A stretch of 63,297 nt of DNA, filler included, from Chiloscyllium plagiosum (taxonomy: Eukaryota): assembly GCF_004010195.1 (NCBI RefSeq). It is 4 parts of one record of this genome, joined end to end, with 100 filler letters (N's around TTAATTAATTAA, not from the genome) between each part and the next. Parts side by side here need not be neighbours in the genome. Positions count along the whole stretch, not along the records: positions 1 to 26,184 come from NC_057715.1; 3 more parts are not named here. One strand, 5' to 3'. Both the position numbers and the translations under genes were made by a program. Numbering within the stretch: the stretch's first letter is position 1; each line of letters starts with the position of its first letter. Under the pieces are notes generated by a model. That model was not told the origin of the DNA, did not search any database, and saw only the letters and a program-made list of their open reading frames with translations. Positions 1 through 10,626 of this stretch are shown in pieces.

Positions 1-290
1 GGACTTATCAGCCTTCAGACCTAACAGTCTCTCCAACACCAATTCCTGGCAAATATAAATTCCCTTCAGTTCAGGTCCTTCAGCCACTGTTACCTCAGGG
101 AGATTGCTTGTGTCTTCCCCAGTGAACACAGATCTGAAGTACCAATTCAACTCTTCTGCCATTTCTTTGTTCCCTGTAATATATTCCCCTGTTTCTGTCT
201 TCAAGGGCCCAATTTTAGTCTGAACCATGTTTTTGCCTTTCACATACCTAAAAAAACTTTTACTATCCTCCTTTATATTATGGTTTGTAT
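1..290 (-). mobile_element. CR1-type LINE ORF2 fragment
   Basis: Positions 1-93 closely match ~45798-45890 of the CR1 element in this window (gacttatca.ccttcagacctaacag...cagccactgttacc). Confidence 0.8.
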
Positions 291-562
291 GATGGTATGG
301 TTTTTTGCCTTTCACATACCTAAAAAAACTTTTACTATCCTCCTTTATATTATGGTTTGTATGTATGGTATGGTATGTATGTATGGTATGTTATGTATGG
401 TGTATATGGTATGTATGTTGTGCATGGTTGGTACGTATGGTATGGTATGTATGGCATGGTATGTATGGTGTTGTATGTATGGTGTGTATGGTATGGCGTG
501 GTATGTATAGTATGGTATGGTATGTATGGCATATATGGTATGGTGTGGTATGTATGGTACGG
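291..562. repeat. Degenerate (TATGG/TATG)n microsatellite, with a 72-bp-period duplication of the LINE flank
   Basis: Direct inspection; 231-291 is repeated at 303-363. Confidence 0.9.
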
Positions 563-722
563 TGTGAGCTTCTCCTTGTCGATTGTCAGAGAGTCATACG
601 ACTGGACAGCATGGAAACAATCTTTTGAGAAACTGCAGCCTGTCTCTCCCAAAGAGTGACTGTAACGATACTCTGGCAGGATCCAGTTACAACTCCTTTT
701 ATTCACTCGACTACAGTGAGGT

Positions 723-760
<38 letters not shown>

Positions 761-1249
761 GTACAGGCTCCTGTCTTCATCAAGTCCAGATCATGATTGC
801 TATTCCATTGTCACATCATCACTACCTTCTTCAATATAACTGCGAGACCAGTGGGATACAGGGACGGTGGGATAGAGGGAACATTGGGATCAGGGGTGAT
901 CGAAATATGCGGGACACTGGGCTCAGGAGTAGTAGCATGGTGGGACACAGGGAGGACTCAATATGTGGAATATTGCAGCATGGGGTACACGGTGATCTGT
1001 GGGGTATATTGGGATAAGAGTGGGGTGCAATTCCCAAAATGAAACAGATCGGGGTAAAATTGACACGAGCATGAAGTCCCAAATCCTCCTCCCATTAATG
1101 GCTGACAAAGCTATAAAGTCTCCATTTCCCCACCCAACACCCACTCCCCCATCCTCCTCCTCTCCCCCCACTCCTCCTGTACCGACACATTCCAGCTGAT
1201 CCATAATCCATCCCGCCCTGCCCCGAACACTGTGGGCTCAGGCATTTAC

Positions 1250-1324
1250 CTTTCGAGAGAAGTATTCATAGATGTTGCACCCCTCGGAATTCAAGATGGC
1301 AATGGCTTGTGCAAAGTGATGTCT
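1250..1324 (-). CDS. PDE2A: PDE2-family catalytic exon ([25 protein letters not shown])
   Basis: Acceptor tgtctccttctctctcgcag, 75-nt exon, donor gtaaat. Continues E-RHH in frame and matches recalled PDE2[26 protein letters not shown]. Later exons must lie left of the window. Confidence 0.95.
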
Positions 1325-2034
1325 CTGCGAGAGAGAAGGAGACAGTTAGAATCTGTTTGTGATATTGGCTTCACCTTTGCGTTCAGAGCCTGCACAGGAT
1401 TCAACCATCATAATCCCGGTAACCTTGCTTCAACCCAGAACCCAACCAATATCCCTACCCCATCCCCAACAAAACCCCTGACACCACCCCATTCACTACC
1501 ATTCGCCCCCCGAGCACAGACCCTACCCACACCTGCCTCTGGTGCACCCTCCACTGCTGTTTCCCCAGTTACTCAAGGCTCCTTGTCAGCTGCAAGTCTA
1601 CAGTGTGTTGCCTCAGAGTCAGAAGATGGCAGATTCAAGTTCCACTCTAGAATGTTACTAGGACAACAAATGAGGGAGAACCAGTTGATGGAGTGTATTT
1701 TGTAAAGTCCATGTCTTTATACTTCAGAGTTTTTTGGAACTGTGGACTGAACTGTTTTAAGGACAAAGCTCAGCTGTATGTTTCGAAGGAAGGAGTTTGA
1801 TCCTGTTGCTGAACCCTGTGGGTGTGGTTTTGGGCTCCAGCAACACGCAGATGAACTGGAGCCGAGGACGGTTTATAAGTGAAGCTGATTGGCTCATCAT
1901 CTGGGGACCAATAACTAATGACAGTTTCCCTGCCTGCCAACAACTATGTGATTGGTTGTCAGGGAGCTGAACAACTTGGGGATGTTGAAGCAGTCAGACC
2001 AGGAGAGAAATACACAAGTCTGCTCCAGCAAAAA

Positions 2035-3190
2035 ACATACGAATGTAAGAACTAGGAGCAGGGGTAGGCCATCACACCCCAGCACCACCATTCAGTAAGG
2101 TCATGGCTGATCCTCTTGTGGACTCAGCTCCACTTACCCACCCCACTCACCATATCCCTCAATTCCTTTACTGTTCAAAAATCTATCCATCTTTGCTTTA
2201 AAAACATTCAATGAGGAAGCCTCAACTGCTTCACTGGGCAGGGAATTCCTCAGATTCACAACCTTCTGGGTGAAGAGGTTCCTCTTTAACTCCGTCTGAA
2301 ATCTGCTTCCCTTTATTTTGAGGCTGTGCCCCCTACTTCTAGTTTCGCCTCCCAGTGGAAACAGCCTCCCTGCTTCTGTCTTATCTATTCTCTTCATCAT
2401 TTATATGTTTCTATAAGGTCCCCCCCTCATTCTCTAAATTCCAATTAGTATAGATTAGATTAGATTACATTACAGTGTGGAAACAGGCCCTTCGGCCCAA
2501 CAAGTCCACACCGACCCGCCGAAGCGCAACCCACCCATACCCCTACATTTACCCCTTACCTAACACTACGGGCAATTTAGTATGGCCAATTCACCTGACC
2601 TGCACATCTTTGGACTGTGGGAGGAAACCGGAGCACCCGGAGGAAACCCACGCAGACACGGGGAGAATGTGCAAACTCCACGCAGTCAGTCGCCTGAGGC
2701 GGGAATTGAACCCGGGTCTCAGGCGCTGTGAGGCAGCAGTGCTAACCACTGTGCCACCGTGCCGCCCAATCTACTCAGTTTCTCCTCATAAGCGAACCCC
2801 CTCAACTCTGGAACCAACCGAGTGAACCTCCTCTGCACCCCCTCCAGTGCCAGTCCATCCTTTCTCAAGTAAGGAGACTGAACCCGGGTCTCAGGCGCTG
2901 TGAGGCAGCAGTGCTAACCACTGTGCCACCGTGCCGCCCAATCTACTCAGTTTCTCCTCATAAGTGAACCAACCGAGTGAACCTCCTCTGCACCCCCTCC
3001 AGTGCCAGTCCATCCTTTCTCAAGTAAGGAGACCAAATCTGCACACAGTACTCCCGGTGTGGCCTCATCAGCACCTTGTACAGCTGCAACATAACCTCCC
3101 TGCTTTTAATCCCTTTAGTAATGAAGGGCAAGCTTCTATTTGTCTTTTTAATTACCTGTTGCATCTGCAGACCAACATGCTGTGATTCCT
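2035..3190 (-). mobile_element. CR1 LINE 3' fragment interrupted by an HE1 SINE
   Basis: ORFs 2134..2400 (TRSRGHSLKI...FTQKVVNLRNSLP) and 2958..3164 (LYKVLMRPHREYCVQIWSP) are CR1 RT C-terminal sequence. Confidence 0.9.
2451..2768 (-). mobile_element. HE1-type tRNA-derived SINE, full length
   Basis: Minus-strand head gggcggcacggtggcacagtggttagc with a B-box ggttcaattcc, and a (TAATC)n tail. Confidence 0.9.
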
Positions 3191-4029
3191 GGGCAGAGAC
3201 TCTCTCTCTCTCTCTCTCTCTCTATTAGTTCTCCACATTGAACCACTTTAAAGGAAACCCATTTATCTTTTCTTCAGTAGATGGTGCAAGTTGTGACAGT
3301 GAATTGGATATTCATCAGTAAATCAGCCACCCTCTGCCTCCCATGAACAAGCATTTGGAAAAGGAAGCTTGAGGAAAAACCTTTGGAAAACCTACAAGAA
3401 ACCCTGCCCTTTAGGAATGGATAATAAAATGATGACCAGTCGCTGGTGCACATGTTCCTTTAAAACAAAACCAGCAAGGACTAACCCAACAGATTTGGTG
3501 AACAGAATGCGGAACTGTTTCCTCAGGTTTTCCTCCATCCATGTGCTGCTTCTTCCCTGGTTATGTTGTGTCTATGTGTGCGTGTGTCTGCCAGTCGGTT
3601 TATTTCTGTGAGAGTGTGCACATTTATGTGTACGTCTGTGTTGTATTTTTGTGAACATGTGAGACCGTGTGTTGAATGTATATGTGTGTTTGTGCATGCA
3701 TGGCATGTGTGTGTGCACGTGTGACGTGCGTGTGCATGTGCGTGCATGAGGGGAAGTTTATAAGTGGTGTTGGGGTATAATTTGTAGAGTTTACCTAATT
3801 TAATTTAATGTTTTACCTGCAGCCAGACTCTAATGACCCTGCAGTAAATAGTGATTCCTGTAAAGTATAGAAATATGGTCTGTGCTTTTTCATCACCTCC
3901 TGACATCACCTCCTGTTTAAACATTAATGAGTTTGGAGATTTTATGCATTTCTTTTAAAAGCTTTAACTTTTGTATCAACCTTGGGAACAGTGGGACTTA
4001 ATTTCCAGCACCCTCTCCCAGTGAGTGAT

Positions 4030-4500
4030 GACGATCTGGATTTTCAGACGCTTTTGATAAAGCCCCATAGAAGAAGCTAGCGGGCAAGACTGAAGCATAT
4101 GGGACTGGTGATCATATACTGACGTGGATTCGGATGTTAGCAGGCAGGAGACAGAGTGTGGGAATAAACGGGTTATTCTGAGAGTGGACGGGTCAGTGCT
4201 TGGACCCCCAAGTATTCACAATTTGGCTGAGGGAATCGAGTGTAATATTTCCACACTTGCTGACAACTAAAAGATCAGGTGGGGGGTGTGAGTGGTGAGG
4301 GGGATGTAAAGAGGCTTCTTGGTGATTTAGACAAGTTGAGTGAGTGGGCTAATGCATGGGAGACACAGCAAGATGTGAATAAATGTGAAATTGTCCACTT
4401 TGGTTGCATTAACAGCACGGAAGATTTTTACTTAAATGGCGATGGATTGGGAAACATTGATGTAAAAAGAGATCTGAGTGTCCTTGTACCCCAGTCACTC
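4030..4500 (+). mobile_element. Old degraded CR1 RT fragment
   Basis: ORF 4279..4557 has DLDKLSEWANAW...NKCEIVHFG...RDLSVLV, typical of CR1 RT. Confidence 0.8.
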
Positions 4501-4645
4501 ATAGAATCATACAGTAATGAAGAGGCCCTTCAGCCCATTAAGTCTGTACTGTCATAAATATGCTACTACCTACATTGGTCCCACTTTCCCGCTGTAAATC
4601 GATAGCTTTGACTGATTTAATGTTTCAAATGTACAATTAAACCTG

Positions 4646-4862
4646 AGTCAAGATCAGAGTGGTGCTGGAAAAGCTCAGCCGATCAGGCAGCATCCGAGGA
4701 GCAGGAGAATCGACGTTTCGGGCAAAAGCCCTTCATCAGGGATTTCTGATGAAGGGCTTTTTGCCCGAAATGTCGATTTTCCTGGTCCTTGGATGCTGCC
4801 TGACCGGCTGAGCTTTTCCAGCACCACTCTGATCTCCACCATCTGCAGTCCTCACGTTCGCT
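4646..4862. mobile_element. Short Penelope-like (PLE) terminal unit as an inverted repeat with two hammerhead motifs
   Basis: The arms 4650-4740 and 4745-4836 are reverse complements. Flanked by near-identical 12-bp direct repeats caattaaacctg (4634-4645) and caattaaccctg (4863-4874). Same sequence as the terminus downstream of the GIY-YIG ORF at 29436-30149. Confidence 0.85.
4712..4739 (-). ncRNA. Minimal type I hammerhead ribozyme motif (PLE-associated)
   Basis: Minus strand reads CUGAUGA-A-GGGC-UUUU-GCCC-GAAA-C-GUC: both conserved core boxes, a 4-bp stem II, a palindromic ACGU stem III and a GUC cleavage triplet. Activity not demonstrated. Confidence 0.75.
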
Positions 4863-6057
4863 CAATTAACCCTGTCAGGGCAGGACAGAAATAAACAGGT
4901 CTTCAGCAGCAAAAGACTCTTGCTCTCTCTTAGTTCTCTGCAGTAAGCCACTTTAAACCTGAACAAAACCAGCATTATCTGTTCTTCAGCAACTTTTAAA
5001 AACATTGTGAGGGGTCCAACCTCAACTCCCCTCCCAGGCTGTGCATTCCACATCCCCACCACCCTCTGAGCGAAAAAGGTTTCCCTCAAGTTCCCTCCCT
5101 CTCACAACCACCACCCTCCCCAACTGTGAGGATAGCGTCAGCTGCCTGTCTCGATAACGTGTGGCCAGACATAGCCGCAGGATGGAGGGTAATTCTAACT
5201 GAAGAGGTGTTGGGTTCCCCGGTCAGGGGCAATCCTTTAACTGGCTCAGTTTAGCGAGAATTCAGTGGGAGCCGTTTGGGATTTGATCAATAGCTGTTCC
5301 TCTGAGTAGACTCAGCTGTGCTAGCGTGTGTCAGAACCAAGTGGAAAGAAAATGCCAAGGATGTTGGAAATCTGAAATAGAAACAGAAAGGGGGGTGGGG
5401 AGGTTTCTGTGAAGAGTGAAGCAGAGTTTACACTTTGGGTCAGGTCTGAATCTTGTTCAGAGGTGAAAGGGACTGGAAAACGATGTTCTTTTTACACTGT
5501 AGATAGATGTGGGGAGGAGCAAGTGGAACAGGTTGTGTAGGGGCCCAGAGCAAAAGGCAGAGGAGGTGATAATGTTAGTGGAGGAGAGATACATAAATGA
5601 AAAATAAGTGTTAATGGTAGATGTTAATAATGGAAGATAGGTCAACTCTGTTCAGAGCACATTCACACGAACAAGATACTGGGAGGTGGGTGGGATGCAT
5701 TTCTGCACAGCAAGCTCCCACAGACAGCAAAGTGATAACAACAGGATAATCTGCTCCATATTCCATGGTGTGTCACTCCAGGTTTTGGGGTCATCTCAAG
5801 GTTTTGGGGTCATCCCTAACTCCAGGGCTCGAGACCCAAAACCAAGAGGGGGGGTGAGACTGGGGAACCGCTGCTGTGTTGGACAGGCCTGGTTTTCACT
5901 GACTGTGACAGCACCATTCATCATTTGAAGTTTGGAATCTTGTGCAGTGATTGGTCTATTCCTGGGATCAACGAGATCTAATCGGCCTTACATAGTCTGT
6001 TAACGTGGGTATGCCCTTCGTTGTGACCAGAGATAAAGATGAAATGAAGTCACATAC

Positions 6058-6105
6058 CTCCATGACTGATCCTTCAGAACTGTACAGTGCAGCCAACACA
6101 GACTT
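6058..6105 (-). CDS. PDE2A: PDE2-family catalytic exon (KSVLAALYSSEGSVME)
   Basis: Acceptor gtcttgtatttacag, 48-nt exon, donor gtatgt. Peptide identical to the recalled PDE2A segment; visible inside ORF 5968..6201. Confidence 0.95.
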
Positions 6106-6512
6106 CTGTAAATACAAGACAAGTTTCATGTCATTACAAAGGGTTCGTCTCTTCCATGTAGTAAGGGGTTTCAGGAGCCGAATAATCACCCTCATTAACA
6201 CTTAAGACTAAAGGACACAGGAGGTAGGCCATTCAGCCCATCCAGTCTGCTCTGCAATGAGATCGTGGCTCAACACCCCTTCCCTTCCTTTTCCCCATCA
6301 CCCTCAATTCCCTTAAGAGTCTTGTCTATCTCAGCCTCGAATATACTGAATGACCCAGCCCTCTGTGAAACTTCAAGAAATGCATTTGTATAGCAACTTT
6401 CATATCAATGCATTAGAGGCAGTTCGGGGTCAGTTCACGTGACTGACAGCTGGGAGAAGGGTTATCTTATGCAGAAAGCTTGGGCTTATAGCCATTGGGA
6501 AAGTGGAGAAGT

Positions 6513-6713
6513 CACCACTGTCCTGTCGGACCACAGACTGTTCTCTCTCATTATAGAGAGAGGCTACTGGTGAAGGTTTAACCTGAGGGTCACCAAGACT
6601 CAGGTGAGGGGAGAGATTGAGAAGAGATTGAGTTCATCACAGTAACCACAGCCAGTGTTGGTATCACACTGTATTACAAACCAGCCATCCAGCCCACTGA
6701 GCTAACCAACCCC
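6513..6713 (-). mobile_element. tRNA-derived SINE (non-HE1 family, possibly MetaSINE-like)
   Basis: Minus-strand head gggttggttagctcagtgg (A-box-like), followed by a ggtgaccctcaggttaaacc core. Confidence 0.55.
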
Positions 6714-6769
6714 AGAAAAGAATACAAGGTAATCCTTCTGAAGCATTTAAGATTCTGAGGAAATGGTGG

Positions 6770-7068
6770 GGGAGTCCAGAACTAGAAGGGCATAGGTTTA
6801 GGGTGAGAGGGGAAAGATATAAAAGAGACATAAGGACAACTTTTTCACGCAGAGGGTGGTACGTGTATGGAATGAGCTGCGAGAGGAAGTGGCGGAGGCT
6901 GGTTCAATTGCAACATTTAAGAGGCATTTGGATGGGTATATGAATAGGAAGGGTTTGGAGGGATATGGGCCGGGTGCTGGCAGGTGGGACTAGATTGGGT
7001 TGGGATATCTGGTCGGCATGGACGGGTTGGACCGAAGGGTCTGTTTCCGTGCTGTATAACTCTATACT
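6770..7068 (+). mobile_element. CR1/HER1 LINE 3' end
   Basis: Encodes SRTRRA.V..RG...FFTQRVVRVWNEL. The 3' UTR (ggaccgaagggtctgtttcc) is shared with copies at 30683-31030, 34330-34748 and 60400-60645. Confidence 0.85.
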
Positions 7069-7419
7069 CTATGTGGCAGGATAAATGCTGAGAGGATGTT
7101 TCTCGTTTCAACAAACGGGGGACACAGTTTAAAAACAGGCAACGTCCCTTTGAAGATGGTGATGAGGAGAATTTCCGTCCTCTCAGGCAGGGTATTGTTT
7201 CTGAGGAACTCGCTTGCTCAGAGAGCGGTGGGGGCGGGGCTGTTGAATATTTTTAAGGTGGAGAGAAATGGATTCTCCTGAGCTGAGGGAGTCGAAGGGT
7301 TACTATGGTTTGACAGGAGTAAGGAGTTGCAGACATATTCGGTTCTGCTGTGATCCTACCGAATGGTGGGGCAGCATAGTGGGGCCGAATGGTCTTCTCC
7401 TGATTCCCATGCTCAGGGA

Positions 7420-7860
7420 TCACTGGACATCTCAGAGTGCTTCACAGCCAATGAAGTCCTTTGTTGTAATGTGTCACTACTGTTGTACTGTGGGATAGGG
7501 GACAGCCTATCTGCGCACAGCAAGCTCCCACAGCCAGCCATGTGATAGCAAGCAGAGAATCTTCTTCATGTTCCACAGTGCAGACCCTCACCGCATCACG
7601 GGATTCTGAGGCCAAGTCCCAATCCAGGGTCAGAGCCCCAAACCCAAGGCCGGTGCTCCAGTGCAGGACTCAGGGAGTGCTGCTCTGTTGGAGGTGCCAT
7701 CTTTAGTATGGGGTCCTTCTCCATTGGACCATGGCACAGTTTTGGAGGCCTCCTTAGTGATCTGGCCAATCGCTATCTCTCAATCAACATCACAAGGAAA
7801 CAGATGATCCAGTCACTATCCCATTGCTGCTTGTGGGATCCTGCTGTACATCGATTAGCT
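7420..7860. mobile_element. Deu-domain SINE fragments (SacSINE1/AmnSINE1-like), in both orientations
   Basis: gggagtgctgctctgttggaggtgccatcttt...ctggccaat...ctcaatcaacatcac...cattgctgcttgtgggatcctgctgt resembles the recalled Deu core. An inverse-orientation piece lies at 7420-7565. Confidence 0.65.
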
Positions 7861-8263
7861 CCTCTGCAAGTTGGGATATCTGGTCAGCAGGGACATGTTG
7901 GACCGAAGGGTCTGTTTCCGTGCTATATGACCAATCCCTCACCCTGGGTTGGGATTTGAACCCAGGTGCCCGGTGTCAGAATTAAAAGCCCAGGGACAAC
8001 ACAGCCAGGCCACTGCCACTGCTGAGTGCTTAAGGGCTTCATTGGCCACAAGCTGCTCAGTGGCGCCTGGTGTTCAAGGAGGTTGCTACAGAAACCGACT
8101 GACGTATTCAAGCTGCTTCCAGGCCTGACTGAAGTTGGAGGGAGCCGCGTACAGGCTATGGAGCTGTTGGGGTTACGCAGTACTGCCCACCTGTGGCAGT
8201 TCAGGTACATGACAGCAATCCTCCGCCCTCTCCCCTGCACAGCCCCCAGGGCCCAGCACTCAC

Positions 8264-8351
8264 CGACGCCACCTGGAACGAGTTTGTGGTCCCTCGATGG
8301 TCGAGGTCATGACACATACATGACACAAACAAAGCCAAAATCTCCATGTCC
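8264..8351 (-). CDS. PDE2A: PDE2-family catalytic exon with HD metal-binding signature ([29 protein letters not shown])
   Basis: Acceptor tttttcttccttgtttggattggtag, 88-nt exon, donor gtgagt. Carries the HDxxHxGxxN class I PDE signature; phase is compatible with both neighbouring exons. Confidence 0.96.
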
Positions 8352-8659
8352 CTACCAATCCAAACAAGGAAGAAAAACACATGTCAGTCCCATCGTGTGG
8401 AATCAGGTCCTCCCCAGATTGAGCAAACTGTAGTGTCAGAGAGGAGGGTTGTTAGCTCTGTCCACATTTTACACCATCAGCTTGACAGGTTTTCCAGGAG
8501 AAACCAACCTTTTTCAATCCCGACTTCCAGAATCCCAACAATTAAATCCCATCCCATTCATTCCCACTGAGTATATTCCCAATAAACCCAACACCTTCCC
8601 ATTTATTTCCATTATAGAGATTGCAAACCCTTTCCTATTCACTCCCGCTGAATCCTAAG

Positions 8660-8890
8660 GGATCAAACCCTTTCCCAATCCCTCCCACTCAATCCCAATG
8701 GAACAAACCCTTTCCCAATCCCTCCCACTCAACCCCAATGGAACAAACCCTTTCCCAATCCCTCCCACTCAATCCCAATGGAACAAACCCTTTCCCAATC
8801 CCTCCCACTCAATCCCAATGGAACAAACCCTTTCCCAATCCCTCCCACTCAATCCCCATTGAACAAACCCTTTCCAAATCATTCCCATTC
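8660..8890. repeat. 40-bp minisatellite (gaacaaaccctttcccaatccctcccactcaatcccaatg), about 5 copies plus degenerate flanks
   Basis: The unit recurs at 8701, 8741, 8781, 8821 and 8861. Confidence 0.95.
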
Positions 8891-10503
8891 AATCTCACTG
8901 GATCAAGCCCATTCCCAATCACTCCCATTCAATCCCAACTGAACAAATGCTTCCCGAGTCACTCCAACTGAATCCCACTGGAAAACACCCTTTACCATTC
9001 ATTCCCATTTAATCCAACAGAGGGAACAATTCCTATTCACTAATCCCACTGGGAAAAGCTGAGACTCAATGATCCAATCGTTTACAATAATTGCTGCAGC
9101 ACGGAATCCCAATGGACCTTACACACTCCAATGTATAAAATCCTAATCTCTTCCTGTTGATTCATAATCCACAGAATTTCAGAGACTCTATGCCATTCCC
9201 CTTCTTCCTCATTTCTCATTGTGAAATTTCTATGGAACCTTAATTTCTCTCTCTCTCTCTCTCTCCCTCCTCCGACTCTCTCTCTCTCTCTCTCTCTCCA
9301 TCCAGTTTATTTATCTGTCTCATCACTTGCTCTTCCCCAGGGTGGTGACAGGACTCGAATGAAAGGACAGAGAGCTGATGCTTCAGCTGCACCACGCTCT
9401 GTTCAGAACACTCCAGGAGTCAGTGAGTTCACTTCTGGACTCTGCACCTCATGAAGGAGACACTAGTCTTGGAGAGCGAACCGCACAGATCAGCTACAAT
9501 GATCCCAGGAGAGCAATGAGTAAATTATAAGGGCTGGAATACACAAATTACAGGTACAATTTGTGTAAACACATGGGCTCCTGGTGACTGACTGTCTGAG
9601 GCTGAACCACTGGAGGGAGCCAGAGACCACTTGCTGATCCATCCCGAATCCCTCACCCTCATCCTGCTCCCTCCAACACTCACAACGTCCCTCCTTCCTC
9701 TTTCTGTCTTTCTCCTTCACTCGCTTCCTACCTCTCCTCCAGGTTCCCTCCTTCTTTTCTTTTCACCTGCAGCTTGGCACACCCTCGATCTCCTCCTCCC
9801 ACCCTCGATCTCCTCTNNNNNNNNNNNNNNNNNNNNNNNNNNNNNNNNNNNNNNNNNNNNNNNNNNNNNNNNNNNNNNNNNNNNNNNNNNNNNNNNNNNN
9901 NNNNNNNNNNNNNNNNNNNNNNNNNNNNNNNNNNNNNNNNNNNNNNNNNNNNNNNNNNNNNNNNNNNNNNNNNNNNNNNNNNNNNNNNNNNNNNNNNNNN
10001 NNNNNNNNNNNNNNNNNNNNNNNNNNNNNNNNNNNNNNNNNNNNNNNNNNNNNNNNNNNNNNNNNNNNNNNNNNNNNNNNNNNNNNNNNNNNNNNNNNNN
10101 NNNNNNNNNNNNNNNNNNNNNNNNNNNNNNNNNNNNNNNNNNNNNNNNNNNNNNNNNNNNNNNNNNNNNNNNNNNNNNNNNNNNNNNNNNNNNNNNNNNN
10201 NNNNNNNNNNNNNNNNNNNNNNNNNNNNNNNNNNNNNNNNNNNNNNNNNNNNNNNNNNNNNNNNNNNNNNNNNNNNNNNNNNNNNNNNNNNNNNNNNNNN
10301 NNNNNNNNNNNNNNNNNNNNNNNNNNNNNNNNNNNNNNNNNNNNNNNNNNNNNNNNNNNNNNNNNNNNNNNNNNNNNNNNNNNNNNNNNNNNNNNNNNNN
10401 NNNNNNNNNNNNNNNNNNNNNNNNNNNNNNNNNNNNNNNNNNTGGGGCTGACCCCTCACCTCCCCCCCACCTACCCTGTGACCCCCCCCTGCCCTGTACT
10501 CAC

Positions 10504-10626
10504 TGGAGGTAGTCAGGCAGCGATAGGTTTTTGAAGAGGAGGTAACAGAAGTGAGTGACAGAGAAGGCGTGCATCCAGTTGTGGTAGGGCAGGTCCCTGT
10601 AGCCACGCCGAACCATCATACAGAAC
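10504..10626 (-). CDS. PDE2A: PDE2-family phosphodiesterase, catalytic-domain exon ([41 protein letters not shown])
   Basis: Minus strand: acceptor ttgtgtctccccag, 123-nt exon, donor gtgagt. Contains the class I PDE YHN..HA motif and matches the recalled PDE2A segment [34 protein letters not shown]. The split codon CA|G joins the next exon in frame. Confidence 0.95.

Noticed and set aside
589..720. Plus-strand exon-like segment (…LRNCSLSLPKSDCNDTLAGSSYNSFYSLDYSE)
   Set aside because: Weak donor (gtagtc), no recognisable protein, antisense within a PDE2 intron, and no partner exons found.
2700..2768. tRNA gene-like A/B boxes (also at 11953, 16110, 27791, 33406)
   Set aside because: These are SINE heads followed by HE1 body and tail, not cloverleaf tRNA genes.
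1700..4032. Possible solo LTR split by the CR1 (and a similar TG-initiated segment at about 25031-25400)
   Set aside because: I could not define TG...CA termini or a target-site duplication with confidence.
9341..9480. Good acceptor followed by an open frame
   Set aside because: The sequence reads as a decayed CR1 RT piece (RELMLQL..ALVR-like).
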